Assembly: GCA_013239625.1 (NCBI GenBank)
Contig: MU053994.1
Coordinates: 248,001-311,071 of the forward strand
DNA length: 63,071 bases
Reading direction: 5' to 3'
DNA from: Lama guanicoe
Lineage: Eukaryota
This document shows, piece after piece, positions 27,139-41,168 of the stretch (the first letter of the stretch is position 1; every line of letters starts with the position of its first letter). Under the pieces are notes generated by a model, which did no database searches, was not told the origin of the DNA, and worked only from the letters and a program-made list of their open reading frames with translations. Position numbers and translations under genes: made by a program.

Positions 27139-28259
27139 TAGGCAGATCACAGAAGAATTAGGTGTATGGCAAAGGTCTGAAAAGATGCACACCAAAATAT
27201 TGATGTGATACTCTGAGGAAGTAAGCGGGATTTGGGGTTAGCTGAAAGGGAATCCTCACTTTTACTCCATGTTATGTTATGTTTTTTTTTTTGTATATAT
27301 CAATCAGAGTTCACATGATCAGATTCGTGCACAGATATTGTTGACAAAACATAAGCCTATTCTAAGTTTCAGTGGGAAATGCAATTCTGGAAAGCCCATT
27401 TTCTGTCTTCCCTCTTTTGAAAACATTTCCAAGGCTTCCTACTGCTTCAGAATAGAGCCCCGCCTTTTTAATGTGACTTAAAAAGGACTGCTTTTACTTC
27501 TTTGGCTTCACTTTTTACTTCTTGATGCTGTACCTAATACTATTGATATAATACCTAATATCAAGGAGGCTGGAAAGGGCCAGCCTGCCACATGCCTACA
27601 AGTGATCCTGGACGCTTGTGGAGAGCAGCACCAGTTGATGATCCTGTGGGATGCCAAATACACTCAGCCCTTGCCCAAGATTGACAGCCCCAAATTTCTC
27701 CCTTCCTGTCACGGCATGAAGCTCAAAGTCCAGGAATATTGGTTGATACCCAGGAGTTACTGTAATTTCTATTTGTAAACCAATCAATTCTCAGTTAATA
27801 ACCAACAGCACAGTACCAGCATTAAGTTTTCTATCTTTCCCTCCTACATCTACAGGCTTAATAGATAAATGATTTTCTTCCCAAGTGACTATAGGCAAAA
27901 ATTTTAACAAATGCCTTGCCTCTGCATAGCAGAGATCGTCACCTTTTCAGCCTTTGGTACCTGTTTTCTTTGCTGTCCCCCAACAGATCACTGTGTCAAA
28001 ATCATTCATTTTAGGCTTTGTTACTGTATGCTCTACTTTTGATCTCAACTTCTATGCTGGTAAGACAGGGTTAGGCTATGCTGTAGTAACAAACAGCTCC
28101 CAAATATCAGTGACTTAAAGCAATGAAAGTACACTTCTTGCTATACTACATGACCATTGCATGTTGGCTGGGGGTGAAAGGAGACTCTTCAACATTTTCC
28201 TTCTTTATGGACCCAGGCTGGGGCAGGTTCCATCTTGCTTCCACTATGTGCAAGGGACA

Positions 28260-28430
28260 TTACATGCTTCATCTCACTGAATCTTTGTAATTATTATTCC
28301 TACTTTTCAGAGGAGAAAATTGAGACATAGAGATATTAAGCAAGTTCCCCAGTGTCATGCATCTAGGAAACAGAGCAGTTAGGATTTGAATCTGGGTGGC
28401 GTGTCTCCCACCAAACGTAACTACCACCCT
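28260..28430 (-). mobile_element. MIR SINE fragment
   Basis: ttattattcctacttttcagaggagaaaattgagacatagagatattaagcaagttcccc...aggatttgaatc. Confidence 0.7.
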
Positions 28431-29189
28431 GTATCTTCATGGTGTAGTGATGAAAGATCGAGGTAAATGAACGGAGATACTGAAGTTTACTGGGATGGAG
28501 GGTAGGAATTTACCACAAAGGATGATCTGGGAAGAGAATTCTCCTTTCAAACCTAGAAGTTTAGTTAGTGACAATATATAAGAGTAAAATTAGGTTATGA
28601 TGTTAAATAAACAGTTAACAATTGAGTGAGAATGACATGCAACTATTTTAGTAATTCCATTGACTTTGACAAAATGCTTAAGGCATAATCTTTGAATACA
28701 GTGCAGTGTGGTTTCCAGATCTAGGGCCACTGTGAGTGCTGGAGTACTTGTGATTATCTGGGAAGAGGGGGTGTGAGAGTTTAATGGCCATGGAGGGGCT
28801 GATGTTCCTTGAATCCCTAGGTGTTCTGTGGATGGTCAACCCAAAGCAACTTTCTAGGTGGAAAAGAACCACCTTGAATGTAGAAAGCTGGGTTCCTCTT
28901 ACATACTCACTCCCGAAACTGAACAGGGCACAATGGAGAGGAACTCTGAGTGGTGTGTCCCTTGGTCTCCCGATGCAGGGTGAGAGTTCAGTTTTCTCTC
29001 ATCTAGTGGGGCTCAAAGAAACTGGAAACTGAGAACAGAGTATGGAGGATAATTGTGTTTTGAGGTCATGTATGAAAATTGTCTCTAGCACCTGGGAAAG
29101 GAGAACTAGCAAGTGTTGGACATGACAGAAAAGTCCGCTGATATCCGTGAGGTCGTGAGGCAGACAGCCACTGTCGCCACAGCTGCAGC

Positions 29190-30190
29190 CAGAAGGGATG
29201 CCATCTGCCTCATTAGCATGTAACATAGTTGATCACACCCTCCTCCTTGCGAAACTCTCTTCAGTTGACTTTTCAGGACCCCACACTCTCCTCATGGTCT
29301 TCTTACTTCACTGCCTTTCCCTTCCAGGCCCACATTCCTTTCCCTTCCAGTACATGGAGAGAGACTCCATTTGCCTGGGAGAGTTCTCCATCTGCCTCTC
29401 TCGGATTCTTCTTCCTCCCATACACCACAGGCAATTCATTATCAACTCCTGTCACCCCTACCTTCAAAACATTTCCAGAACCTGACCTCCCCTGCTTCTC
29501 ATCATGCCCACTGCGACCATCCCAGTCTGGGCAACCCTCATCTCTCTATTGCAGTGACCTCCTAAATGGGCTCTTTGCTCCTGTCCCCACCCACTTACAG
29601 TCTCCTCTCAACACAGCAGCCACAGGGAGCACATCACTCCTCTGCTCAGAGGCATCAGCGCGACATCATCCCACACGGAGATGGTCCTGTATGCTCAAGT
29701 CCCCGGTGACCTGTTTGGTCTTATTTCCTGTTAACTCTCTCCCTTTCTCACTCAGTTCCAGCCACCTGGGCCACTTTCTCTGTCCCTCAAACATATCGAG
29801 ATTGGTTTCACCTTAAGATCTTTACACTTACAGTTCCTTCTGCCTGGAACGCATCTTCTCTCACAAATCCGTGTGACTCCCTCCCTCACCTCTTTCCTAT
29901 TGCAGATGAAATGTCACCTTTATTAGAGAGGTCGACTCTGACAAGCCCATCTACAACAGCAGCCCTACTACTGTCCCTCCCTGAACCACTCCCCCTCTCT
30001 CCCCTGCATTCCTTCTTACTTATTATTACTTCTCTCTACCACTTATTACCATCCAAACATACTTGCTCATTGTCTGCCTCGCCACTAGAATGGGAGCTCC
30101 ACAACCGGGGAGTTTCGTTCATTTGTTTCCTCAGAGCCTGGAGCAGTGTCTGGCACGTAATGAACATTAAGTAAACATTCACTGCATGAC
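29190..30190 (+). mobile_element. L2 LINE 3' portion (degenerate)
   Basis: Pyrimidine-rich L2 motifs (gttgatcacaccctcctcctt, ttccttctgcctggaac, ctagaatgggagctcc...agagcctggagcagtgtctggcac). Confidence 0.8.
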
Positions 30191-33100
30191 TTACTGACCT
30201 CACCCTGTGTTGTGTGTGGAAAGACACTAGGGAAGGAAAGTAGGTGTTGGGAGTTTGGCAGGAGGAGGCCCTTCCCAGCCACTGAGGAATACAAATGAGA
30301 GAGCTTGAATGAAACAGGAGGATTTGGAATTCTGGTGACTTCTCTGAGGAAGAGTCACTACAAACCAGTGACTGCCCTGTTTCTTCTACTTATAGTCAGA
30401 GGCCTGGGAAATGCAGGTTCCAGCATAACAGGTTTAAAGTTTGACATACTTTAACCATTTGAACAAATGGACATGCTTATCGGAAAAGCTGGAGATCTGT
30501 GACTCTACATCTTGGGTAAGTGATCAAAGCCAGCAGAGAGCCATCGTTTTCAATCTCAGAGAGAGCATGGTCTTTGAAGCTTAGCTTTCAGGACACAATT
30601 GATGGCGTCCTTCTGTCCCCTGGTGGCAGTGCAGCTAAACTGCACAGGAAGACAAATTCCTTGAAGAAGAGAAGGCAAAATGAAAATTTCAAGGTTCTAT
30701 CTTTCAAAGCTTGTACCACCCAGAAATGTGTGCACATGTGTGTTTGCCTGGGATAAAGATCTCCCCAAATTTTTCCTTCTTGAAACCTGAGGAAGCCTCC
30801 TTACTCACATGACTTCAGCATCAAAGAGGACCAGTTTAATGGAAGACGTTACCCTTATAGCTAGGCTTGGATGCAAACACACCCCTTAATCCAGGCCCTC
30901 GACAGCCTCCTCTCATGACCCTCTACCAAACATGCTTGTAGAAAAGATTTCTGTTGGGGCTGGGAGACTGGCACAGGCAACCTCAAGGTGCCCTCCGGCT
31001 CTTGGATTCTATGACTTTAGGTTGAGCCTTTCTCACTCCACTCTGACTCTGGCCATCCCTAACTTTCCCACTTCGGACTTGCACTTGCTGGAGGCATCTA
31101 CATCCCCTATGGATTCTTCACTCTTTGCATCTTACTTCTGCCTGGCAACATATTTTTTACTCTTGATTTTGTGTGACTGGAGACTTTATCTTTAAAATGT
31201 GTCCTGGACATAGTTGACTCCCAAAGCTAATGTCTCTTTAACATGCATACAATTCACCAGAGGAGAATGCCAAAAGTGGAGAATTTCAATTCATAATTCA
31301 CCCCACATCACCCTCCACCTCTGATTCAGCATGTCAGGCATGGAGCCTGGGCGTTTCCTTTTCGCTGTCACTTCTGGTTTTCCCACTGTAGGTGGTCTGT
31401 GGATGACCCTTGGGAAATACTGACCAAGATGGTGACATAACATAACAGGGTTCCAAAGCCCTTCCTCTGACACTGCCCTGAACCATTCAAAGCAAAGAAT
31501 CAAGGAATTTGTAAATGTCATTTGTAGAACTGGCCTTTCTCATAAGCTGTGTCACGTATGCTGACTTGGAGAAGAACATGACTCACCGTGGCAAAGGCTT
31601 CTGGCCTCAGGCGCTGATCACGCTTGCTCTGTCTTTCCGGCTTCTGGATCATGGCCCGCTTCAGCCAAGCTTCCTGCTCAAACCTGCTCCCTTGCTTGGT
31701 GCCAGCCTTAAGCACTGGATTTTCTTCTTGTCCCATTTTGGTTCTGTAAAGCCCTATAATATATTATGAGGGGAAAAGTACCAGAGAAGCTCCTGGGCAG
31801 ATACAAAGGGCCAATTTAGCATCAAATATCTGGTAAATGGATAGACTCTTGGTTTGGAATTTTTACTCCATGATACTAACATTGAAAAGGCCGTAATCTA
31901 CCCACTTCATTTTATAAATGAATAAAGTACATCTTAAGAAAGGTGAAATGATTACTTCAAGATTACTAGCCAACTGCAGGTGGAGCCAGGACTTAAAGGT
32001 AGACCTTCTTACTCCCAGTCAAGTGCTCTTGTTGGCCCCAGAGAGGCAAAGCTATGGGCATGAATGAAGCTGATCCCAGTGAATAGTGCTCTGTGGGATT
32101 TTAGATATTTCAACAAACCTTATGCAGCTCAACCAATGAGAAACCAAATCTGACAGCATCCTTCATTTTTCTCTCTGCCTGGCTCCCTAGACCTACCAGT
32201 CTTGAGTTCCAGATAATTCAAACTCCATTAGATTTCTGACATTTACGCAATTCCCTCCTGTTGCCCCAGCAGTTGCTGTGGTTCTGGACAGTCTTCCAGA
32301 AGAAACCCTATTACAAGTTCTATGCAGCACACATGCATGCACACCTCCCCGCCATACACACACATACACATGATTATATATAAAGAGCTGGGCAGCTATG
32401 GTATCCTAAGCAGGACAAAAAGAGCAGCCGCCATGTGTATGATTTTTGTGCTTTGTTGGGAGGGGGGATATGTCATTCATGTGAATTCCAGTTTAGAATA
32501 TGGATAATTTTAAGGGCTGGAATAGCATCTCTTTAGCCATATATGCAGTATACATTGTATATTTGTACATGGACTCCCATGTACAAATATATTTGCTTGC
32601 AATTTCCAAGACTCTTAATTTCTCTCTTCTTCCAAAAAATTACAGAAGAAATACAATCTATTCAGATTTAAAAGGTACACACCTTAGAACCAAATAATCC
32701 CACTTTTAAAAGGTTTTAGAGAAACAGTCACTCATGGGCCCGAGGAGGTTTGGGCAAAGGTATTCAGATCAGCATTGTTTGTAAGAGTGGAACATTGTAA
32801 ACTACTCAAATGTCTACCAGAAGGAAAAGGAATAAACGAGGGCCTCTTCATACTGTGTGATATAATATAGCAGCTTAACTCAAGGAGGTGGGTCTATACA
32901 TGTTGACATAAAAAAAAATCCCAAAGGCATCCTGTTGCCTAAAAGGAGCAATCTGCAGAATAATATATATATAGACAGTTTTCCAATAATACATGCATAC
33001 ATGTATATAAATGTGGGGAAAACCCTGGGATCATATACATCAAAATGAGAGCAGTTGTTACCTCATATTACATTTGGGAAAGGATGGTGGGGTGGGAGAC

Positions 33101-34507
33101 CAAAACGAAGCAGGATAGAGGGCAAGGGGCTTGTTAGGCTTTTGCTATATGGAAGGACTTTACGTAAAAAATGCATTCATGTATGTAAATTACACATGTA
33201 TATTGTGTAATTTAAATTAAGTTTTTAAAAGTAAAGTATAACTGTTTAGCTGTTTCTAACCATATAATACATAAAGTAAAAAGTGGTACTTCTCCAGAAT
33301 TTATTCTTTCCTTTGCTTCTCCATAATTTATTTCTCCGTATTTGATTTCTTCTTTCTCCATCATTTATTTCTTTCTCCCCCTATTGGTGGATATTTTAGT
33401 TGGTTTTTTTTTCTTAGTTCACTTTTCCAAACAGTATCGCAAGGAAAAGTTATATTTTTTATCCATTCGTGTTATTATTTCTGTTGTATGGATCTTAAGA
33501 ACTGTGATCACGGGCTATGACACTTAAAAATGTGACAAACTTCCCTCTGCAAAGAGCATCCTACTGATTCATAGAACAGTAGTTGTGCAGTAACTCCCTA
33601 GTTCACATTATCCAGGTTGCAACGGTAACAGCTGCTCCCAGACGTACTTCGTTGCTCTTAAGGCTGGATAGTAGCTGACTTAACTTCCTTCTCCCTGCAT
33701 GCTGACCACTGGTGGTGCCTGACCACATTAGCCAAACAGTGGAGGAGACTGGGATAAGGTGGGAGGGGAAGGCAAGGGCTGGTAGACCATGAAATCGAGA
33801 CAGACTAATGAGCCATGGGTCACATTAACCCACAGACATGTTTTCTTTGGCCTGTACAATGTTAGGCTCCACAGTGTTTTAAAGAGGCCGAGTCAGTGCC
33901 AGGTGTTAAGGGGGCAGTGCTTAATCCCCACTCAGGCTTCCCTGCATGTGGTTCTCCACGTGGGGAACCATCAGTTTACATGACATTCCTCATCTTTCTT
34001 TACTCTCTCCCTCATTCCTGCACTGGGAAGTGGAGTGGCTTCTTACCTTCCTCTTGGTTGATTCACCAGAGAGAGTATGTTTCTGCTTATGACTGGGTGG
34101 TAATTCTAATTCTGGGGCTCAATGTTAAAAAGACCAGTTTCCCTCAGATAAGTCCCATTCTCCAACAGGAAGTTGATCTTTTGATTATAATCTGGCTTCC
34201 TCCTTGTCTCTTAATTTGTTCAGGACTCAGGTAGGGAAGAGATATACTATTCAAGTCCCCTTAAGTCCAAACACCAATGTTGAAAAACATTGAGATTTTG
34301 AAATTGAGAGATTTCACATCATAGTATTTCTGAATTTCTTGCAAAGCTATAAGATTAGGGAACCCTGAGACCTTGTTTCTAAATGCTGATAATGGCTGGA
34401 GCTGAGATGTGCCTCCCTCTGAAGGGGCATGTGCTAACATGTCATAGTCCTCACTATTCCTTATGGCTTTTCTGATACTTAGACCGAGTCATTGACATTC
34501 AGCGTCA

Positions 34508-35000
34508 TGTGATTATAGACATAATAATGACCACCCAAAGGTATCCACATCCTAATCCTCAGAACGTGTACATATGTTACATGGCAAAAGGGCTCTGCAG
34601 GTGTGATTAAGTTAAAGATCTTGGGATGGGGAGATTATCCTGGGTGGGCCCGGTGTAATCACAGAGGGTCATAATAAGGGAAAGATACAGGTAGGAGGCT
34701 CAGGGTCTGAGAAGGAGATGACAGAAGCAGAGGTCACGGAGGAGAGAGATTTGAAATTGTTATACTTCTGGTTTTGAAGATGGAACCACTAACCAAGAAG
34801 TGTAGGTAGCCTCTAGAAGCTAGAAAAGGCAAGAAAATGGATGAAAGCTAGAGCCACCAGAAGGAACACAGCCCTGCTGAAACCTCAAGTTTAGCCCAGT
34901 AAGACCATTTTGGACTTTTGGCCTCCAGACCTTACTATAAGAGACTAAATTCGTGTTGTTTTAGGCCACTAATTTTAAGCAGCAATATAAAACTAATACA
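34508..35000 (+). mobile_element. MaLR (MLT1-type) solo LTR
   Basis: TG...CA ends; gtccacatcctaatcc-like start, gagattatcctgggtgggcccggtgtaatcac, aaactaataca end. Confidence 0.85.
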
Positions 35001-35362
35001 AGAGTTAAGGAGAAAGTAAAGCATTTCTTATATCCATATCTATCCCAAGAGGGAAAACAGGAACTAGATCAAGATGGCAATATATTTCAAAAATTATGTG
35101 AGAGAGCATTTCTTTCTTGGAAGGGGAGTGGGCGTTGTTGATTGCTTACCAGCATCCAGTAGTCACCTCACCTTTCATACCATGTGACCCAGCAGTCACC
35201 TTCCTAGGCATATGCCCGAGAGATGAAAACATGTGTCCACATAGAAACTTGTTCACGAATGTTTATGGTAGCATTTTTCGTAATAATAAAAAATGAGAAA
35301 TAATCCAAATGTCCATTGACTGACAAATGGATAAATAAGATGTAGTATATAAAAAGCACTCT

Positions 35363-35513
35363 GGGGGGAGGGTATAGTTCAGTGGTAGAGCGCATGCTTA
35401 GCATGTACGAGGTCCTGGGTTCAATTCCCAGGACCGCCATTAAAAAATTAATAGATAAATAAACCTAATTACCTCACCCCTCCAAAAATAAGTAGAAATA
35501 AAAAAAAATTTTT
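35363..35513 (+). mobile_element. tRNA-Ala-derived SINE (vic-1-like)
   Basis: ggggagggtatagttcagtggtagagcgcatgcttagcatgtacgaggtcctgggttcaattccc (A and B boxes), then the aaataaacctaattacctc tail and A-rich end. Confidence 0.9.
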
Positions 35514-35859
35514 TAAGTGCTCTGACTCTTACTGAAGTATTTAGCCCTCTTCCGTATCTCTGATATACCTTAGGGAAAGTTAATACTTCTTTTATCTAAG
35601 TGTATTCTATCCTTGCTACAATGAATCATTTCAGAGCTCAAATTTAATTAAATCAAAGCATAGAATTTTCCAGATTAAGAGGCTGACTGTTCTGGTGTCT
35701 CACTTTTTCTCTTTTATCATGTCTCTATCCAGTGGCGTATCATGGGGAGTGGTGGGAGTGGTCTCTGGGTGTAAGCAGTAAGGGGGCGCACCGTTTGTAG
35801 AGAATTTATAGACAAAACCAACCAAAAGCTGATCTGCTTTTTTATATTTGTTTTTCATA

Positions 35860-36545
35860 TGAAATTATCTTTGTTTCATCTTCACTTTTTAACTGAAAGT
35901 TTTATTGATATAATTATGAATTCATATACAGTCATAAGAAGTAATAGAGAGAAATCCCCTGGATCCTCTTCCCAGTTTACCACAATGGTAACATTTTGCA
36001 AACATCTACTATAATATCACAACTAGGATATTGACACTGATAAATCCACCAACTTTATTCAGATTTCCCCAGTTTTACTTGTACTCATTTGTGTGTATTT
36101 AGTTCTACACAATTTTATAATGTTTAAGTTTCTATGTCCACGAGCACAGCCGAGATACTGAACAATTCCAACACCACAAGGATTCCTCATGTTGGCCTTT
36201 TATAACCACACCCACCTCCTTCCCCTTCCACTGTCTTTAATCTCTGGCATCTGCTAATCTGTTTTCCATTTTTTTTAACTTTTATTTCAAAAATGTTACA
36301 TAGGTCAAATCATGCAGTATTCTTTTAGGTTTGGCTTTTTTACTTAGCACAGTTCTCCAGAGATTCATGTAAGTTCTTATGTGTATTTTTTCTAAGTAAT
36401 AGTCTATGTATGTACCACAGTTCGTTAAACCATTCATTTTGTTAAACCATTCACCCATTGAAGGACATCTAAATCGTTTGTTTTTTTGCTATTGCTAATA
36501 ATGCTGCTATGAACATTCGTGTACAGGTTTTTGTTCTTTTTTTTT
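35860..36545 (-). mobile_element. Old L1 (L1M-type) 3' fragment
   Basis: caatggtaacattttgcaaaac..., ccattcacccattgaaggacat...gctgctatgaacattcgtgtacaggttttt. Confidence 0.75.
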
Positions 36546-37536
36546 TTTAATCACCGTGTGATTCTAAGCCATCTGCCAGACCATTCCTATCAACTTGCTC
36601 CCTGCCTAATACACAACTCTCTCTGCCACAACTGCTGCAGACACCATTCTCAATAGTGCTCCCAGTATTGCTGGCATTGGAAGTTTGGCCTGTCTTCCCT
36701 GGACTTGGGGGGTGGTAGAGAGAGGAGAGGGCAACTGTGATGACAGTTCTGCCAATAAGAAAACTTGGATGAATCCTTGACAAGCCTCCTGCTCGTCTCT
36801 TCATCTGCTCCCTTTTTCTCATATTGAATAATGCTCTCCTTATTTTCTGATCCAAAATTCAGATAGAACTACTTTGCTTAGCTTAATATATCCCAGCCAC
36901 CTTATAGATTAAAAACCAGTCTATAAATAAACCATGCTTAGGTCAGGTGCTCATGCCAAGTGCAATATGTAGCCATTCCTGAGTAAAGAACATCTGCTTC
37001 CCTAAACTATGGGGCAGGGTTATTTTGTCCGTGGGCTGTGCAGTTTCGTGTGTGTGTGTGTGTGTGATTTCTAATAGGAGGCACTGAATGGGCAACTACC
37101 ATGTCCACTATGCATAGGTGATTCTCTTGGTAGACTAGATGTCCATCTTAGTCACAAAAAAAGAAAAAAATCAGTAAATAACAAAACATTAACCTTTTTA
37201 TAATAATCTCTAAAATAAGGTTGTAAAATGAACTCGGAGATTATAAGATATAAAATTATCTATAAACTAGTGAAAAGTTAGGTGATATACATCAAAAAAA
37301 ATCTTTAGTTTTGGAACAGTTGCTTTGTAGCCCTTCTTTCTTTTAATAGAGTACAAGTTCGGTTTACCAGTAAGGTCCCCCCGAGTCCAAGATAATAAAA
37401 ATGTAATATATAAAAGTGCTTTGTGTACCATTTGTTTTTTTAATAACTGAGAACAACAAAAAGAAAAAAAGTTCTCAAATAATTAAGATATAATTTTTTA
37501 GGTGACTAGGAATAGGGAACACCTCTTACTCTAATC

Positions 37537-37720
37537 CAGGGGTTGGTAAACTCTGGCCAGCCTGCTACTTGTTTTTGTAAGTAAAGTTTTACTGGAACAC
37601 AGTCATGCCCATTCATTTACTTCTTGTCTGTGGCTGTTTGCACACTACAACCACATACTTGAGTAGATGCAAAGGCTCAGATATTTACTCTTTGGCCCTT
37701 TACAGAACAAGTTTGCTTCA
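37537..37720. mobile_element. MER58A-like hAT DNA transposon
   Basis: caggggttggtaaact...aaagttttactggaacacagtcatgcccattcattta...tatttactctttggccctttacagaa. Confidence 0.8.
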
Positions 37721-39289
37721 ATTTAGTTATTAAGAGACCACTCCTCTCTAACGCTGATGATTTGGGGTGGTATTCTGAGTGAGCATTAACTGTGAAAGCC
37801 TATGTTAGCTCATGCAGCTTACTCCAAATCCCTAGCCTACAAAATTAAAGGAAAAGTCAGTACATGCTACAATCTATTAATTTTCATGGAGATTTTCTTC
37901 ATTAGGCATTATTGGGGATGAAAACAAGTCAACAGAACTTTCACTGAGTAATAATACTGCCTCATGTAAAACTCTGCCTTGAGACACCCAGATTGAAATA
38001 TCTCAAGTTAGAAGCTGGCATACATAAAAATATCTAAAAAGATGAAGCATTCAGTAAAATAAAAAGGTATATTTTGGCATGAAGAAATTTCAATATACAT
38101 TACTGGATAAGCCCAGGCATCAAATTCGCTGCCCTTGTTAGGAGGAACTGCAAAGAAACTTCCTCATTTAAAGCACCCCAGAGTGAGGGCAGTTGCCCAC
38201 ATTTTGTGTCCTATAGGGAAGATACATACCATACCAGTGACGCTACGAGTGTCTGTACAAAGTTCCAGCTTCATCCCTGAGATCCTTAGAAACCATTTTG
38301 GGGAAAGATACTCTTTGTGAAGTAATTAGGGGTCATTTCTAATTAGGCCTGGATTGTCAACATATCCTACATATCCAAGGATGACATAGAGTGACGTTAA
38401 GTGGGACCACAGTGGGAAATATGGGATTTGCTATTAGACAAGGTGGGCTGGCATCTCTTGGACCACTGAGGTTAATGTATATTGATGGTGGCTATCTAAA
38501 TCTTGTAAGGGCTGAATGCTTAAGATTCTTCTGTAGGGAATTTAGTAAATACGCAAAGGTCAATTTTACTGAGTTATCAGACATTCAATCTGTAAGCCTC
38601 TTTAGCCACAAATATAGCTCCACCTTCTGAATTACAAAACAAGTTCCCCTTGGGTAGATTCTAGCACATGGGGTGAATTTTTCAGTTCATCTCAAACTTT
38701 GCTTTGGTGTTTGTCATAAAAAAAAAAGACCTAGTTCCTTCCCAGAAAAAAAATCACAGTTTTTCTCCCACTTTTAAAAAACTGTTATCAAGGATAGACA
38801 AGGTTTTTTACTCAAACTTTGAAAACATAATTTGCAGCATCATAAGATTACCTTAAAAATGTGATGATGACTGTAGGTGGTGAAAATGCTTTCAGTGACT
38901 CATAATTAGATAACACCCAACTTGGAAATAAGAGCAAAAAAGTACTTTTTACCAGAGAAAATGTAATGAGATGTTGCCATCATTTAGGCTGTATACTGGT
39001 GCTTTACAAACATAAAATTATAGCTTTACAAAAATGCGAGTTAGTACTTACATCTGAATACCCTAATTTTACATACTTAAAGTCCTTAATTAAAAAAAAA
39101 AAACAGCAACAACGCAATTGCAAGTTGACAAATAGGGACAAAATTCCTTGCCAAAAATAGTCATTAAAAGCTAATAGTTACAGAATATATTTTACACTGA
39201 CTTTAAAAAAAATTTGTGTTAAAAATCATAAAATAAAAGGCATAAAATAGGAGCTATTATTAATGTTGTAATGGTGAATACTGGGTTCG

Positions 39290-41168
39290 GGTTGCTATTT
39301 TAATGGCATTTATTCTGTACAATATAGCTATGTGGTCTGACATTCATTTCTCTTCCTCATTCCTCTTATTTAGAATTTCTTAGAGTAAAGAGAATGCCAT
39401 TTCTTTAACTATTCAATGATCATCCAGAAGCAAACGTACAGTGCAGGAAGATAATCTTTATTATATTTTAACTAGAAATAGAGCAGATAGCAAGTTCACG
39501 AGGTATATTTGATTATTATTCTTTTAAAATCAGGCTTCAATAACAATAAACAAAAACAAGCCTTAGCTGCACAGACATTTTGGTCACTATTATAATCTTC
39601 AAGGGCACAAAAGCCAGCAGTGTAAAATAACATAAAGGTGATGACTGAGAATTTTTGCCCAAAATGTAGATCACTGCATTAAACCCTCCTTGTATTTTCT
39701 TAATATTCTTCTTAAACATTCAACAATTACTGTTACTCAGCAAAATATCCAACATGCACATAGTATTCCTACAAGAATACTATCTTAATATTGTCAGTAC
39801 TAAGCTTTTCTTTCCCCCCAGAATTCAGTGAACCATGGTTCCACTCCCTATATGTAGTAGTGTTAGTGGTAATATGCAAAACTGATTTTGTTTTCAAGAC
39901 TAACTAGTGTATTGACTTCACATTTGGTGGCCAGCTGTGTACCCTAATTTTTCATCTTTTATTTTCTTAATAAATTTAACTATATTTCATAAGCCCTGAG
40001 ATACTCAATAACCTGCTAATGATTGTGTACTTTTAATTTATATTTGACTCCACTCAATTTGAACCCCGCATAATAAGTATTTAAAATTATTTACAGAAGA
40101 TTGTAACTAAAGCAATGACAAAAATGTACTATTTGTAAATTAGACTGCTAATAAGGCCTTTAACTACAAGTTGCATATTTTATGCATTTTTTTTGCTTGC
40201 TAGGAGCAAGTCTTAAAATTACATCTATAATTCTGTCAGCAGTAAGTGCTTTTCATTTGCTTACTTCTATCTGGACAGCCAGATTCACTTTTTGCCTCTC
40301 TTGTAAAACAACTTTTTTTTTCCTTCCCCAAACATAAATGTTAGTTATTCAACTCAACAGGTACCAAAAGGAACTTAGAATTTGAACAGCATACTGATAA
40401 CTACAATGCCTAGCAGAGAAACAGCCCATAATAGGCATTCAATAAATACTTGTTCCACATGGAATGAGTGAACTGTAAGGCAGCTGTTAGAGTCATATAC
40501 TTTCATCATACACTGTAACTATTTTGTTTAATTGGGGAATTCACGTTACCAGGTTTAATTTGCCCTCTAATATAAATCCAAGAATCTGACATTTTAAAAA
40601 CTGATTCAACAATTCTCAGAAAATGTAAACAAGTTAATAATAGTTGCTACTTTAATATTAGCTGATAGAAAAAAAGGAATGGAATTACTTTCCACTAAAT
40701 CATGTGTACAACTGAGGCGAAGAAATAAAAAGCTAAGAAGTGTTAACTGACTATTACCATTTTCCTCCACATTTATCCTTGCAGCTTTTTTGCTCATATA
40801 TTTATTCCTGTTAATTTTTCTCGCTGAAAGAGAATTTAAGCATCTGAATGGATTTCCCCATCTCCTTAGGTACATATAGTTAGTGAAAAGCCAGTGTAAA
40901 TATAAGATTGTATTGTCAAGTCATGCCATATTTCTGCATTTGATTTTCGCTAACATTAAATTTTTCTATTTAAATGATGCTGTATAGAATATGAGATAAT
41001 CTGCCCACTATGAGATTGCTTGCTTGTACTAGTCAGTTTTTGTTGATAGTTTTGAAGCATATTGCACACTTGTCATCTAGCACATTAACAAGGAACTGTT
41101 ACTCTTTTTAGAAAGGATACACTGACAAATTCTTAAGTTAATGGCTTTGGCCGAACATTTTTAGCCTG
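39290..41168 (-). other. DYNLT3: DYNLT3 3' UTR (end approximate)
   Basis: AT-rich region after the stop; AATAAA on the minus strand at 39309-39314, alternative at 39457-39462. Confidence 0.65.
39309..39314 (-). terminator. Candidate DYNLT3 polyadenylation signal AATAAA
   Basis: tttatt on + strand; minus strand reads tgtacagAATAAAtgccATTAAA, with an upstream TGTA element. Confidence 0.6.

Noticed and set aside
29229..29816. 195-aa ORF
   Set aside because: Lies in a degenerate pyrimidine-rich L2; Ser/Pro/Leu-rich with no recognisable domain and no ATG start
35365..35440. Possible tRNA-Ala gene
   Set aside because: Followed by a SINE tail and A-rich end, flanked by a TSD, and present in four diverged copies; it is a SINE
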